DNA from: an uncultured Candidatus Binatia bacterium
GTDB lineage: Bacteria > Desulfobacterota > Binatia > Bin18
Assembly: GCA_965242605.1 (NCBI GenBank)
Contig: CBDESS010000002.1
Location: 128,572-192,571 of the forward strand
Direction: 5' to 3'
Length of the DNA stretch: 64,000 bases
In this document: positions 42,544-50,643 of the stretch, piece by piece
Layout: the number at the start of each line of letters is the position of its first letter
How positions within the stretch are numbered: position 1 is the first letter of the stretch
Notes under the pieces: model-generated
The model's database searches: none
What the model was told of the DNA's origin: nothing
Seen by the model: the letters and a program-made list of their open reading frames with translations, nothing else
Position numbers and translations under genes: made by a program

Positions 42544-43749
42544 GTGGCTGGAATGAATTCGCGGCTGTTGATTGAAGCGTGCGGGCTTGGCAAATCCTAC
42601 CATCTGTATCACCGCCACCTTGACCGTCTGAAGGAAGCGGTATGGCTGGGCCGGCGGCGTTTTTCTGAGGAGTTCTGGGCGGTGCGCGAGGTGTCCTTGC
42701 AGGTCTATCAGGGCGATGCCTGGGGGATTGTTGGAGAAAACGGGGCTGGAAAAAGTACGCTGCTCAAACTCTTGTGTGGCGTCACCCTGGCGTCTGAGGG
42801 ACAGGTACGCAGGGTTGGCCGGGTCAGCTCTCTGCTTGAACTTGGGATTGGCTTTCATCCTGAGTACAGCGGGCGCGAAAACCTGGCCCTGTCGGGCGCT
42901 CTGATGGGTCTGGGTCAGGAAGAGTTGGCGGAGTGCCTGCCGCGGATTCTGGAGTTTGCCGACATTGGCGATTTCATTGAGCGGCCGCTGAAAACCTATT
43001 CGTCCGGCATGGCGGTGCGGCTGGCCTTTGCCCTGGCCAGTTGTGTTGAGCCGGATGTGCTTGTCACCGATGAGATTCTTTCCGTTGGGGATGAGGCGTT
43101 CCAGAAAAAGTGTATTCGCTGGGTGGAAGATTTTCTTGGTGGTGGCGGAACGCTGCTGTTCTGCGGCCATAATACCTACCACATCAGGAAACTGTGCGGC
43201 AAGGCCATGTGGCTGCACCGGGGGCGGGTGCGCGCGCAGGGGGCGGCGTCAGGCGTGGTCCGGGAGTATGCGGATTTCATCGAAGCCCAGAGCCGGACGG
43301 ACGCAGACCGGACGGATGACTATCCGGTCGCGCTGAGCGCTGGAGAGAACCGGGTCACTGAGGTCCGGCTGTTGGACGGCTCGGCCCAGGAAACCTCACA
43401 GTTCCATTTTGGACAGCCGTTCCGGGCCCGGGTCAGGGTGGAGGCCGGGGCGGGGGAGACCGGGCCGCCGGTGATTCACATTGGTCTTGTCCGGTCCGAC
43501 CTGGTCCCGGTCTATGGGGTGTCTTCGGACATGGATGGGGTTGTGCCGCGGTGCCTGGAGGGGCGCACCTATCGGATCGATTACGTTTTGCCCCGGCTCA
43601 GCCTGTTGCCTGGACGCTATGTGCTACGCGCCTACGCTATGGACAGCGCCGGCTTGCGGCATTTTGATACGGTTGAGCATGAGTTCTCGGTGTACGGAGA
43701 GAATCGGGAACTCGGCCTATGCTCCTTGCCGCATAGCTGGGAGACCTAG
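42544..43749 (+). CDS. wzt: Polysaccharide ABC exporter ATPase with C-terminal Wzt carbohydrate-binding domain
   Basis: GENGAGKST, LGIGFHPE.SGREN, YSSGMAVRLAFA, DEILSVGD..FQKKC, plus a ~150 aa C-terminal beta domain. Confidence 0.92.
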   Translation: MAGMNSRLLIEACGLGKSYHLYHRHLDRLKEAVWLGRRRFSEEFWAVREVSLQVYQGDAWGIVGENGAGKSTLLKLLCGVTLASEGQVRRVGRVSSLLELGIGFHPEYSGRENLALSGALMGLGQEELAECLPRILEFADIGDFIERPLKTYSSGMAVRLAFALASCVEPDVLVTDEILSVGDEAFQKKCIRWVEDFLGGGGTLLFCGHNTYHIRKLCGKAMWLHRGRVRAQGAASGVVREYADFIEAQSRTDADRTDDYPVALSAGENRVTEVRLLDGSAQETSQFHFGQPFRARVRVEAGAGETGPPVIHIGLVRSDLVPVYGVSSDMDGVVPRCLEGRTYRIDYVLPRLSLLPGRYVLRAYAMDSAGLRHFDTVEHEFSVYGENRELGLCSLPHSWET

Positions 43750-43761
43750 CAGAGGGGCGGA

Positions 43762-44697
43762 GTGATGAAGGCGGCGGCGTTGTGGAAGATCAGTCAGGAC
43801 GGGTTGAGATATGGGCTGTATTTCCCGCTGGCGGCCTTATTCCCCTTGCCGATAGCCTACCGTCTGGCGCAAATCTGGGGACGGTTGGAAGCTTGGCGTT
43901 CTCCCGCTGAACTGCTCGGCCTGATCCGGGCCAATGCGGCCTCAGCGCTCCAGTCAGAGGAGCTGCCAGCGACGGACATGGGAGAACAATTTTTTGAGGT
44001 CATGAACTGTGACCGGATTGACGCGTATGCCTCTTGGTTGTATTCGTGGCACCGGTTACAACGGTGGGTGCGAGTGACAGGAGAAGAGCGGCTCTTTACC
44101 GCTGTGGCCGAGAAGCGGGGCGTGCTCCTGCTCACCTTCCATTTTGGCGGCGGCTCTCTCATCTTTCCGTATCTGCGGAGTCACGGGATGTCGGCCCATC
44201 TTGTGGCAAATTCACTCCAGCGGACGCGGGAGGGAGGGGGGTGGGCACAGTATACATTCGGTCGGCTGCGGTTTCAGCATATTGCGCGGCTGATGAAGCG
44301 CGAGGTGATTTTTGTCGGCGGTGTCGGTCCCCGGAAAATTCACCGGGCGCTTGCCAAGGGCGGTATGGTGGTAGCCCTCCTGGATGTGGTACCCGAGTTT
44401 GTCGGTATCAAAGAGTGGAGAGAAGAGCAAGAAGTCCCCTTCCTGGGACGGCCCGCCCGGTTTCCGACCGGCTTGCTGTCGATCGCAGCCCGGACCGACG
44501 CCGTGATCGTGCCCTTTTTTGGTTGGGTCGGGGCAGACCGCCATTGGCATCTCTCGTTTGAGGAGCCGTGTCGGGCCATCGCGCCGAGTGAAACCTTGCC
44601 TGTCTTAGTCGGTTTGCTTGAGCGCTACATTCGGCAGTACCCACACGAGTGGCATCATTGGCCAGCGGCCCAGGCATTTTACCGCCAAGCCAACTAG
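43762..44697 (+). CDS. Lysophospholipid acyltransferase, LpxL/HtrB superfamily
   Basis: GVLLLTFHFGG, VPFLGRPARFPTG...AARTDAVIVP, LERYIRQYPHEWH.W. Confidence 0.8.
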   Translation: MMKAAALWKISQDGLRYGLYFPLAALFPLPIAYRLAQIWGRLEAWRSPAELLGLIRANAASALQSEELPATDMGEQFFEVMNCDRIDAYASWLYSWHRLQRWVRVTGEERLFTAVAEKRGVLLLTFHFGGGSLIFPYLRSHGMSAHLVANSLQRTREGGGWAQYTFGRLRFQHIARLMKREVIFVGGVGPRKIHRALAKGGMVVALLDVVPEFVGIKEWREEQEVPFLGRPARFPTGLLSIAARTDAVIVPFFGWVGADRHWHLSFEEPCRAIAPSETLPVLVGLLERYIRQYPHEWHHWPAAQAFYRQAN

Positions 44698-44701
44698 AAC
44701 A

Positions 44702-45502
44702 ATGGTCAATCCGCTGGCACTGGTCCGCACTGCCGTGCAGCACCGGGCATTGTTAGGCCAGATGGTGGCGCGTGATGTGACGGCGCGTTTTGCAGGGACG
44801 AGTCTCGGTGCGGTGTGGAATCTCATTCAGCCGTTTATCCTGCTGTGTCTGTATACGTTTGTGTTCGGGGTGATTTACCAGGTGCGCTTTCAGGTTGAAG
44901 GGGTCGGCTTTGTGCCGTTTTTGTTTTGCGGCCTGTGGCCGTGGCTGGCGTTTCAGGACGCCTGTCTGCGTTCGGTGACGGTCATTGTCGATAACGCCCA
45001 GTTGATGAAGCGTGTCCAGTTTCCCTCGGAACTGCTGGTCTTGTCCGCGGTGGTGTCGAGCTTTGTCAGCCACGCGGCCGGCTTTGGTTTGATGCTGGCC
45101 GGGGTTGGCTTGTGGCAGGGCGGGCTTTCTCCGCTGGCCGTTGGCCTGCTGGCGGTTCCGTTTCTGCTCCAGGTGCTGCTGGCCGTTGCCCTCGGCCTGC
45201 TGCTGGCCCCGGCCAATGTCTTTGTGCGGGATGTGTCGCAACTGAGCGGGGCGCTGTTTACGGTGTGGTTCTTCCTGTCTCCGGTCTTGTATTCCGTGCA
45301 GATGGTGCCCGAAGCTCTGCAAGCCCTCCTGGCCTGGAATCCGCTGACCCCCATCCTGTCCCTGTACCGGGCGTTGATTCTCAGCCCTGAACAGGTGGGC
45401 TGGACTTTGGTCTTGTATCCCTTCATTCTCTCTCTGGTATTGCTCGGCTTGGCCCAGCGGCTCTTTTCTGGCTGCAAAGGCTATTTTGCCGATTATCTCT
45501 AG
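44702..45502 (+). CDS. wzm: Polysaccharide ABC exporter permease
   Basis: RDVTARFAGTSLGAVW..IQP, KRVQFP, VFVRD, FLSPVLY, NPLT, FADYL. Confidence 0.93.
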   Translation: MVNPLALVRTAVQHRALLGQMVARDVTARFAGTSLGAVWNLIQPFILLCLYTFVFGVIYQVRFQVEGVGFVPFLFCGLWPWLAFQDACLRSVTVIVDNAQLMKRVQFPSELLVLSAVVSSFVSHAAGFGLMLAGVGLWQGGLSPLAVGLLAVPFLLQVLLAVALGLLLAPANVFVRDVSQLSGALFTVWFFLSPVLYSVQMVPEALQALLAWNPLTPILSLYRALILSPEQVGWTLVLYPFILSLVLLGLAQRLFSGCKGYFADYL

Positions 45503-45531
45503 GGGCTGTGGGCTGAGGCTGGAAACACACG

Positions 45532-47154
45532 ATGCGCGGGAATATCAGAGAGTTCGTCCGGGTTGTGTCTGAGACGCTGAGCATTCCACCACCTGTTGTT
45601 GAGATTGGGGCCTTCCAGGTTGCCGGTCAGCCCTACCCGGCCGATCTGCGCTCGCTGTTTGCCGAAACAGACTATATCGGCTGTGATATCCGGCCCGGGC
45701 CGGGGGTGGACCGGACCGAAGATGTCCACCACCTGTCGTTTGCCTCGGACACGGTTGGAACCGTCTTGATGCTGGAGACGCTGGAGCATGTCAAAAATCC
45801 GCTCCAGGCTATGGCTGAGGTGTTCCGGGTTCTGCGACCTGGCGGTCTGGCGGTGATCAGTTCAGCCATGGACTTTCCTGTGCATGAACATCCGGCCGAT
45901 TATTGGCGCTTTACGCCACAGGGATTTGATCTGTTGTTAGAGCGCTTTGCACCGCGGCGGGTGTATGTCCAGGGTCTGCCCGTGTTTCCCCACTCGCTGG
46001 GCGGGGTTGGGATAAAGCCGGGACAGGCTGAGACGCCCGCCCACCCGCCCGCCCTGGCTCTGCTTGACCAGCGTGTGCGGACGATTCCGGGGACTCTGAC
46101 CCAGGAGATTACGCCTCGGCTTGGGCCGGACCATTTTCGGCTCCTGGGCGATGAGTTGAGCGAGGAAGAGCGTCCCCGCTATCCAGTCCCGATGTTGCAT
46201 AACGCCTATGACCGTCTGTTGCAAAAAGATGAAGAAATTGCGCGTCTCCAACGCGATCTGAACCGTTTGCAAGAAGCCCACCAGGGAGAACAGGACACAA
46301 GGGGAACGCGCTTTGATTATGCCGACTATGAATTCGCTCTGCGTGACCGGCAGGTGAATCGCGACATGCAGGTCGGTTATGTGTCCCATTTCCAGGGCTG
46401 CCGCAAGGTGCTTGACCTGGCCTGCGGCTCGGGCATTTTCCTCGAACTGCTGGCCGAGCAGGGGATTCCCGCCCTCGGCGTTGAACGCAACCCGGCGGTG
46501 GCGGCCTGGGTGAAGCGGCACGGCTGGGATGTTGTGGAACAAGATGTCCTCTCCTTCCTGGAGCAGACGACCGAGACCTACGACGGGGTCTACTGCTCCC
46601 ATTTTCTTGAGCATCTGCCTTTTGCCGAGGTGGCGCGGTGCATTCAGTTGCTCGCCTCTCGTGTCGCTCCGTCAGGAACGGTGGTGATTGTCGTGCCCAA
46701 TCCCGAATCGATCCGGATGCAGTTGTTTGGATTGTGGCGTGACCCTGAGCATGTTCGCTTCTATCACCCCGAGCTGCTTGAAGCCGTCTGCCGACACGCC
46801 GGCCTTCAGGTCATTTCCACCAATCAGAAAGACTTCCCCTTCGCTATCGCTCCGCTTTCATTTCCGTCCACAGCGGAAACGCCCGCCAACCAGTCCGACC
46901 CGCGGCGGGGCTGGCTGAAAGAGCAGGCGCGAGCCGCCTACTTCCAATGCCTGCGTCGGTTGCGCATCAGCCCCGCCGCGGATCTCGTGGCTGTAGAAAA
47001 CCGCCTCCGCCAGCATATGGACGCCCGCTGGGAAGCCGTGGTTGCCTGGGCAGACAAAACACATAAGGCCCTTGACCAAATATGGGCGTGGCCCGACGAT
47101 GCGGCCATCGTGTGCCGCAAGATGGACGCCACCCGGGATGACACTTCCGGGTGA
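45532..47154 (+). CDS. Protein with two class I SAM-dependent methyltransferase domains joined by a short coiled coil
   Basis: Domain 1: VEIGA...LEHV...LRPGG...P.DYWRFT. Linker: LLQKDEEIARLQRDLNRLQE. Domain 2: VLDLACGSG...HFLEH...VPNP. Confidence 0.85.
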   Translation: MRGNIREFVRVVSETLSIPPPVVEIGAFQVAGQPYPADLRSLFAETDYIGCDIRPGPGVDRTEDVHHLSFASDTVGTVLMLETLEHVKNPLQAMAEVFRVLRPGGLAVISSAMDFPVHEHPADYWRFTPQGFDLLLERFAPRRVYVQGLPVFPHSLGGVGIKPGQAETPAHPPALALLDQRVRTIPGTLTQEITPRLGPDHFRLLGDELSEEERPRYPVPMLHNAYDRLLQKDEEIARLQRDLNRLQEAHQGEQDTRGTRFDYADYEFALRDRQVNRDMQVGYVSHFQGCRKVLDLACGSGIFLELLAEQGIPALGVERNPAVAAWVKRHGWDVVEQDVLSFLEQTTETYDGVYCSHFLEHLPFAEVARCIQLLASRVAPSGTVVIVVPNPESIRMQLFGLWRDPEHVRFYHPELLEAVCRHAGLQVISTNQKDFPFAIAPLSFPSTAETPANQSDPRRGWLKEQARAAYFQCLRRLRISPAADLVAVENRLRQHMDARWEAVVAWADKTHKALDQIWAWPDDAAIVCRKMDATRDDTSG

Positions 47155-47167
47155 GGGGTCGGGAGCC

Positions 47168-48136
47168 GTGACAACACGTCCGAGTGTATCCGCTCTGCTG
47201 GTGACGAAAAACGGTGCCCGCTATCTGGCCGAAGTGCTGGACGGCATTGGCCGCCAACAGGGACACTTTCACCTCGAGGAGATTATTGCGGTGGATTCCG
47301 GCTCGCGGGATGGCTCGCCGGAGATTTTGCGCCAGGCCGGGGCGCGTGTCATATCGATTCCCGCGGCCGCCTTTGGCCACGGCAAAACGCGTAACCTGGC
47401 CGCCTCGCAGGCCCGGGGCGACTATCTGGTTTTCCTGACCCAGGACGCGACTCCGGCCCGCACGGACTGGCTGGACAGGTTGATCGCCCCACTGCTGGCC
47501 GATCCGCTCATTGTCGGGACCTACAGTCATCACAAGCCGCGCCCCGACTGCCACCCGATGGAGTGGCGACGGATCGTCCAGGAAGAGATGACCGGCAGGC
47601 CAGACTCCTGTGTCAATAGCGCGGTCAATAATCCAGACTACGACCGGAATCCGTCTCTCTTTAATTTTTTTGCCAACACCGGCTCGGCCATTCGTCGCCA
47701 GACCTGGAGCCGCATCCCCTGGCCCGAGGTCGAATTTGGCGAAGATCAGCTCTGGGCCAAACGTGTCCTTACAGCCGGCTATAAGACGGCCTACTGCGCC
47801 GACTCAGTGATGTATCATTCCCACGGCTATGGAGCGTGGGCCAATTTCCGCCGCCACTTTGATCATTTCTCTGCCCTGGGCAGCGAGGCGGATAGGCCGC
47901 CTCGTCATCTGCGTGAGTGTCTGCCCGCGGCTGCCCAGGCGACCCGTCTCGACCTGGCCTTCTGGGCTCAGGAGTGGGGCCAGACCAGGGCACGCGTGGT
48001 GTGCCGCTGGGCACTGCCGGCGCTGAGTTGGCATGTCGCCGCCCGGCTGGGGAGGTGGTGTGGGGAGCGGGTGGACACACTGCCGGGCTGGCTCCCGATG
48101 TGGTTTTCGTACCAGGCCCACATCAAACGCCAGTAG
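47168..48136 (+). CDS. GT2 glycosyltransferase (rhamnosyltransferase-like)
   Basis: VDSGSRDGS, FGHGKTRN, FLTQDA, FGEDQ.WA, YHSH. Confidence 0.88.
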   Translation: MTTRPSVSALLVTKNGARYLAEVLDGIGRQQGHFHLEEIIAVDSGSRDGSPEILRQAGARVISIPAAAFGHGKTRNLAASQARGDYLVFLTQDATPARTDWLDRLIAPLLADPLIVGTYSHHKPRPDCHPMEWRRIVQEEMTGRPDSCVNSAVNNPDYDRNPSLFNFFANTGSAIRRQTWSRIPWPEVEFGEDQLWAKRVLTAGYKTAYCADSVMYHSHGYGAWANFRRHFDHFSALGSEADRPPRHLRECLPAAAQATRLDLAFWAQEWGQTRARVVCRWALPALSWHVAARLGRWCGERVDTLPGWLPMWFSYQAHIKRQ

Positions 48137-48165
48137 TGGAGAAAACGAGCGAGAGAGACAGGGTC

Positions 48166-50643
48166 ATGCGGATTGTCCAGGTGGTACATGCACTTCCTCC
48201 AGAGCAGAAGGCGGGGACCGAGATCCTGACCCTGGAACTCTCCCGGGCGCTCCAGGCGCGTGGACACCAGGCCACGATTGTGACGCGGACCTCTGATCCT
48301 GAGCGCGAGGAGTTCAGCCTCCAGGAAGAGCGGGATGAGAGCGGGGTGCGGATTATCCGCCTAGTCAATAATGGCACGCGAACAACATACTATCGCCTGC
48401 GGTACGATAATCCCTTTTTCCATGACACCTTTCGTCAACTCTTACACCGCTGCCAGGCCGATATTGTCCATTTTCAACATCTTGTCCACCTGTCGGCCAG
48501 ACTTATTCCGTGCGTGGCTGCCCTTGGCTGCCCAACGGTGTTGAGCCTGCACGACTTCTTCTTCGCCTGTCATCGGGTACAGCTCATGGATCGTGACGAC
48601 CGGCTCTGCCCCGGACCGCAACGTGGCGAGCGGTGTGTCTCGTGTCTCCACGACTTCGCCCCGGCCGCAGCGATTCGTCGTCGTTTCGGGTATATGAGCC
48701 AGGTCTTGGAGGTCCCCCGCCGGGCGATCGTTCCATCCGCCTTTCTGGCCAAGCGGATTGCAGACGATTTTCCCTCCTTGCGCGACCGGCTCCAGGTCAT
48801 TGCCCCCGGGCTGCCCCTCCCGCCCGGCTCCACGCCAGAGAAGCCCTCGCTGTCGGATGGGGCGGACAGGGGGCGACACCTGTCAGGGAGCCCCCGGCGG
48901 TCCCTGCGGATTGTGTATGTCGGTGTTCTGCAACCGCACAAAGGTGCGCATGTTCTGGTTGAGGCTCTCACAGGGCTGCCCACCGACCGGGTTCATGCCT
49001 CGTTCTACGGGCAGGAGCCGGCCTCCAGGCAGGACTATATTGACCGGCTCCGCCGGGCGGCAGCCGGCCTGTCGGTTCAATGGGCGGGCGTGTACGACCG
49101 GGCGCAACTCCGGGCTGTTCTGGCCCGGCACGATGTGCTGGTCATGCCGGTCATATGGGAAGAGACATTTTCTCTGGTGGTCCGTGAAGCACTCCAGGCC
49201 GGTCTGCCGGTGATTGCCGCCCGCCGCGGGGCCTTGCCCGAGGTCATCCACGCCGGCCGCAATGGGCTGTTGTTTGAGCCGGAGAATGCGGAGGACCTGC
49301 GGCGGTGTCTGCGGCGTCTTCTTGATGAGCCGGAACTGCTCGCGCAACTCAAGCCAGACCGCTCTGTCTGGCGCGACGCTGATGCCTACGCCCAGGATAT
49401 TGAGCAGGTGTATGAAGCCGTGCTGGCCGAGTCCGGCCCCCGCTCCGCCCTGTCTTTGCCGGGTGTCTCCAACACGCCGCCGGCACCGGGCGGGTCAGAG
49501 GCGTCGCCTCAAGCTCCGCCCCCCTCCAGCCCGGCCGCCGCACCTCGCCAGCTCAGAGACACATCGCCCGCCCTCGCCCCGCCTCGCCTGAGCGTCTGTC
49601 TGCCGACCTGCAATGGTGAGACCTGGGTGGCCGAAGCAGTACAGAGCGTATTGCAGCAGAGCTATGCCGATTTTGAAATTGTGGCGGTTGACGACGGCTC
49701 AAACGACCGGACGCTGGAGATTCTCCAGGCGTGTGACGACCCCCGCGTCCGCCTCTATCAGAACCCGTGTCCACGGGGCATTCCGGGCAACTGGAATGCG
49801 GCCGTTGAGCTGGCCCGGGGCGAGTATGTGTGCGTCTTCCACCAGGATGACGTGATGCTGGCCGACAACCTGGCTCGGAAAATGGCCCTGTTTGAGACAG
49901 ACCCCCGCCTCAGCCTGGTGCATTCGCGGGCAGACCCCATTGTCGAAGCCGAAGCGCCGAGCCGTTTCAGCGACCGGCTGGAAAAAGCAGAGGCGGATTT
50001 TGTGGCAGAGGGCGAGGCGTATTTCCGCAAACTGCTGCTGAGGGGCAATTGCATCTGCGCGTCGACCGTCATGGTCCGGCGGGAGCAGCTGGCCGCGGCC
50101 GGCGGTTTCAATGAAGCCCTCGGCTTTGCCTGCGACTATGAGATGTGGATGAAGCTGTGCCTGGAGGGACGGGTCGGTTTTCTCCACGACGCCCTGGTAC
50201 GCTACCGCTGGCATGGCGGCAACGCCTCGCACGACTATCAATACGAACGGGGAGTGGCAGAGGGCGGGCGGGCGATGCGCACCGCCGTCGCCTGCTACAG
50301 CCAGCGCAACGGCGTAACGGGCCAGGCGCGGCTCTTGGCCGAGGCCGCCGAAGCCGTCCTGAAACAACAGGAGTGGGCGGCCGGGCTTGATCGGGGGCGG
50401 GAGTGGCTGGAAGAGCAGTGGCGGGGCTGGCAGGAGCACGCCGAAGAGCAGACCCGGGTCATGGCCGAGGACCGGGCCTGGATCGGTGAGCTGGAAACCG
50501 GCAAGGCCTGGCTGGAAGAGCAGTGGACCAGGCAACAGCAGTGGATCGGCGAGCTGGAAACCAGTTTTTGGGGACGCCTGGGCCGGTTCTTGAGACTCGT
50601 AAAGCCGGTCCCAGGGGGGTCCGGCAAAAAAGAGTGCGCCTGA
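48166..50643 (+). CDS. Bifunctional GT4 + GT2 glycosyltransferase with C-terminal Trp-rich coiled coil
   Basis: GT4: HKG, WEETFSLVVREA. Pro-rich linker. GT2: VDDGSND, FHQDD, DYEMW. Repeated WLEEQW/WIGELET tail. Confidence 0.88.
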   Translation: MRIVQVVHALPPEQKAGTEILTLELSRALQARGHQATIVTRTSDPEREEFSLQEERDESGVRIIRLVNNGTRTTYYRLRYDNPFFHDTFRQLLHRCQADIVHFQHLVHLSARLIPCVAALGCPTVLSLHDFFFACHRVQLMDRDDRLCPGPQRGERCVSCLHDFAPAAAIRRRFGYMSQVLEVPRRAIVPSAFLAKRIADDFPSLRDRLQVIAPGLPLPPGSTPEKPSLSDGADRGRHLSGSPRRSLRIVYVGVLQPHKGAHVLVEALTGLPTDRVHASFYGQEPASRQDYIDRLRRAAAGLSVQWAGVYDRAQLRAVLARHDVLVMPVIWEETFSLVVREALQAGLPVIAARRGALPEVIHAGRNGLLFEPENAEDLRRCLRRLLDEPELLAQLKPDRSVWRDADAYAQDIEQVYEAVLAESGPRSALSLPGVSNTPPAPGGSEASPQAPPPSSPAAAPRQLRDTSPALAPPRLSVCLPTCNGETWVAEAVQSVLQQSYADFEIVAVDDGSNDRTLEILQACDDPRVRLYQNPCPRGIPGNWNAAVELARGEYVCVFHQDDVMLADNLARKMALFETDPRLSLVHSRADPIVEAEAPSRFSDRLEKAEADFVAEGEAYFRKLLLRGNCICASTVMVRREQLAAAGGFNEALGFACDYEMWMKLCLEGRVGFLHDALVRYRWHGGNASHDYQYERGVAEGGRAMRTAVACYSQRNGVTGQARLLAEAAEAVLKQQEWAAGLDRGREWLEEQWRGWQEHAEEQTRVMAEDRAWIGELETGKAWLEEQWTRQQQWIGELETSFWGRLGRFLRLVKPVPGGSGKKECA

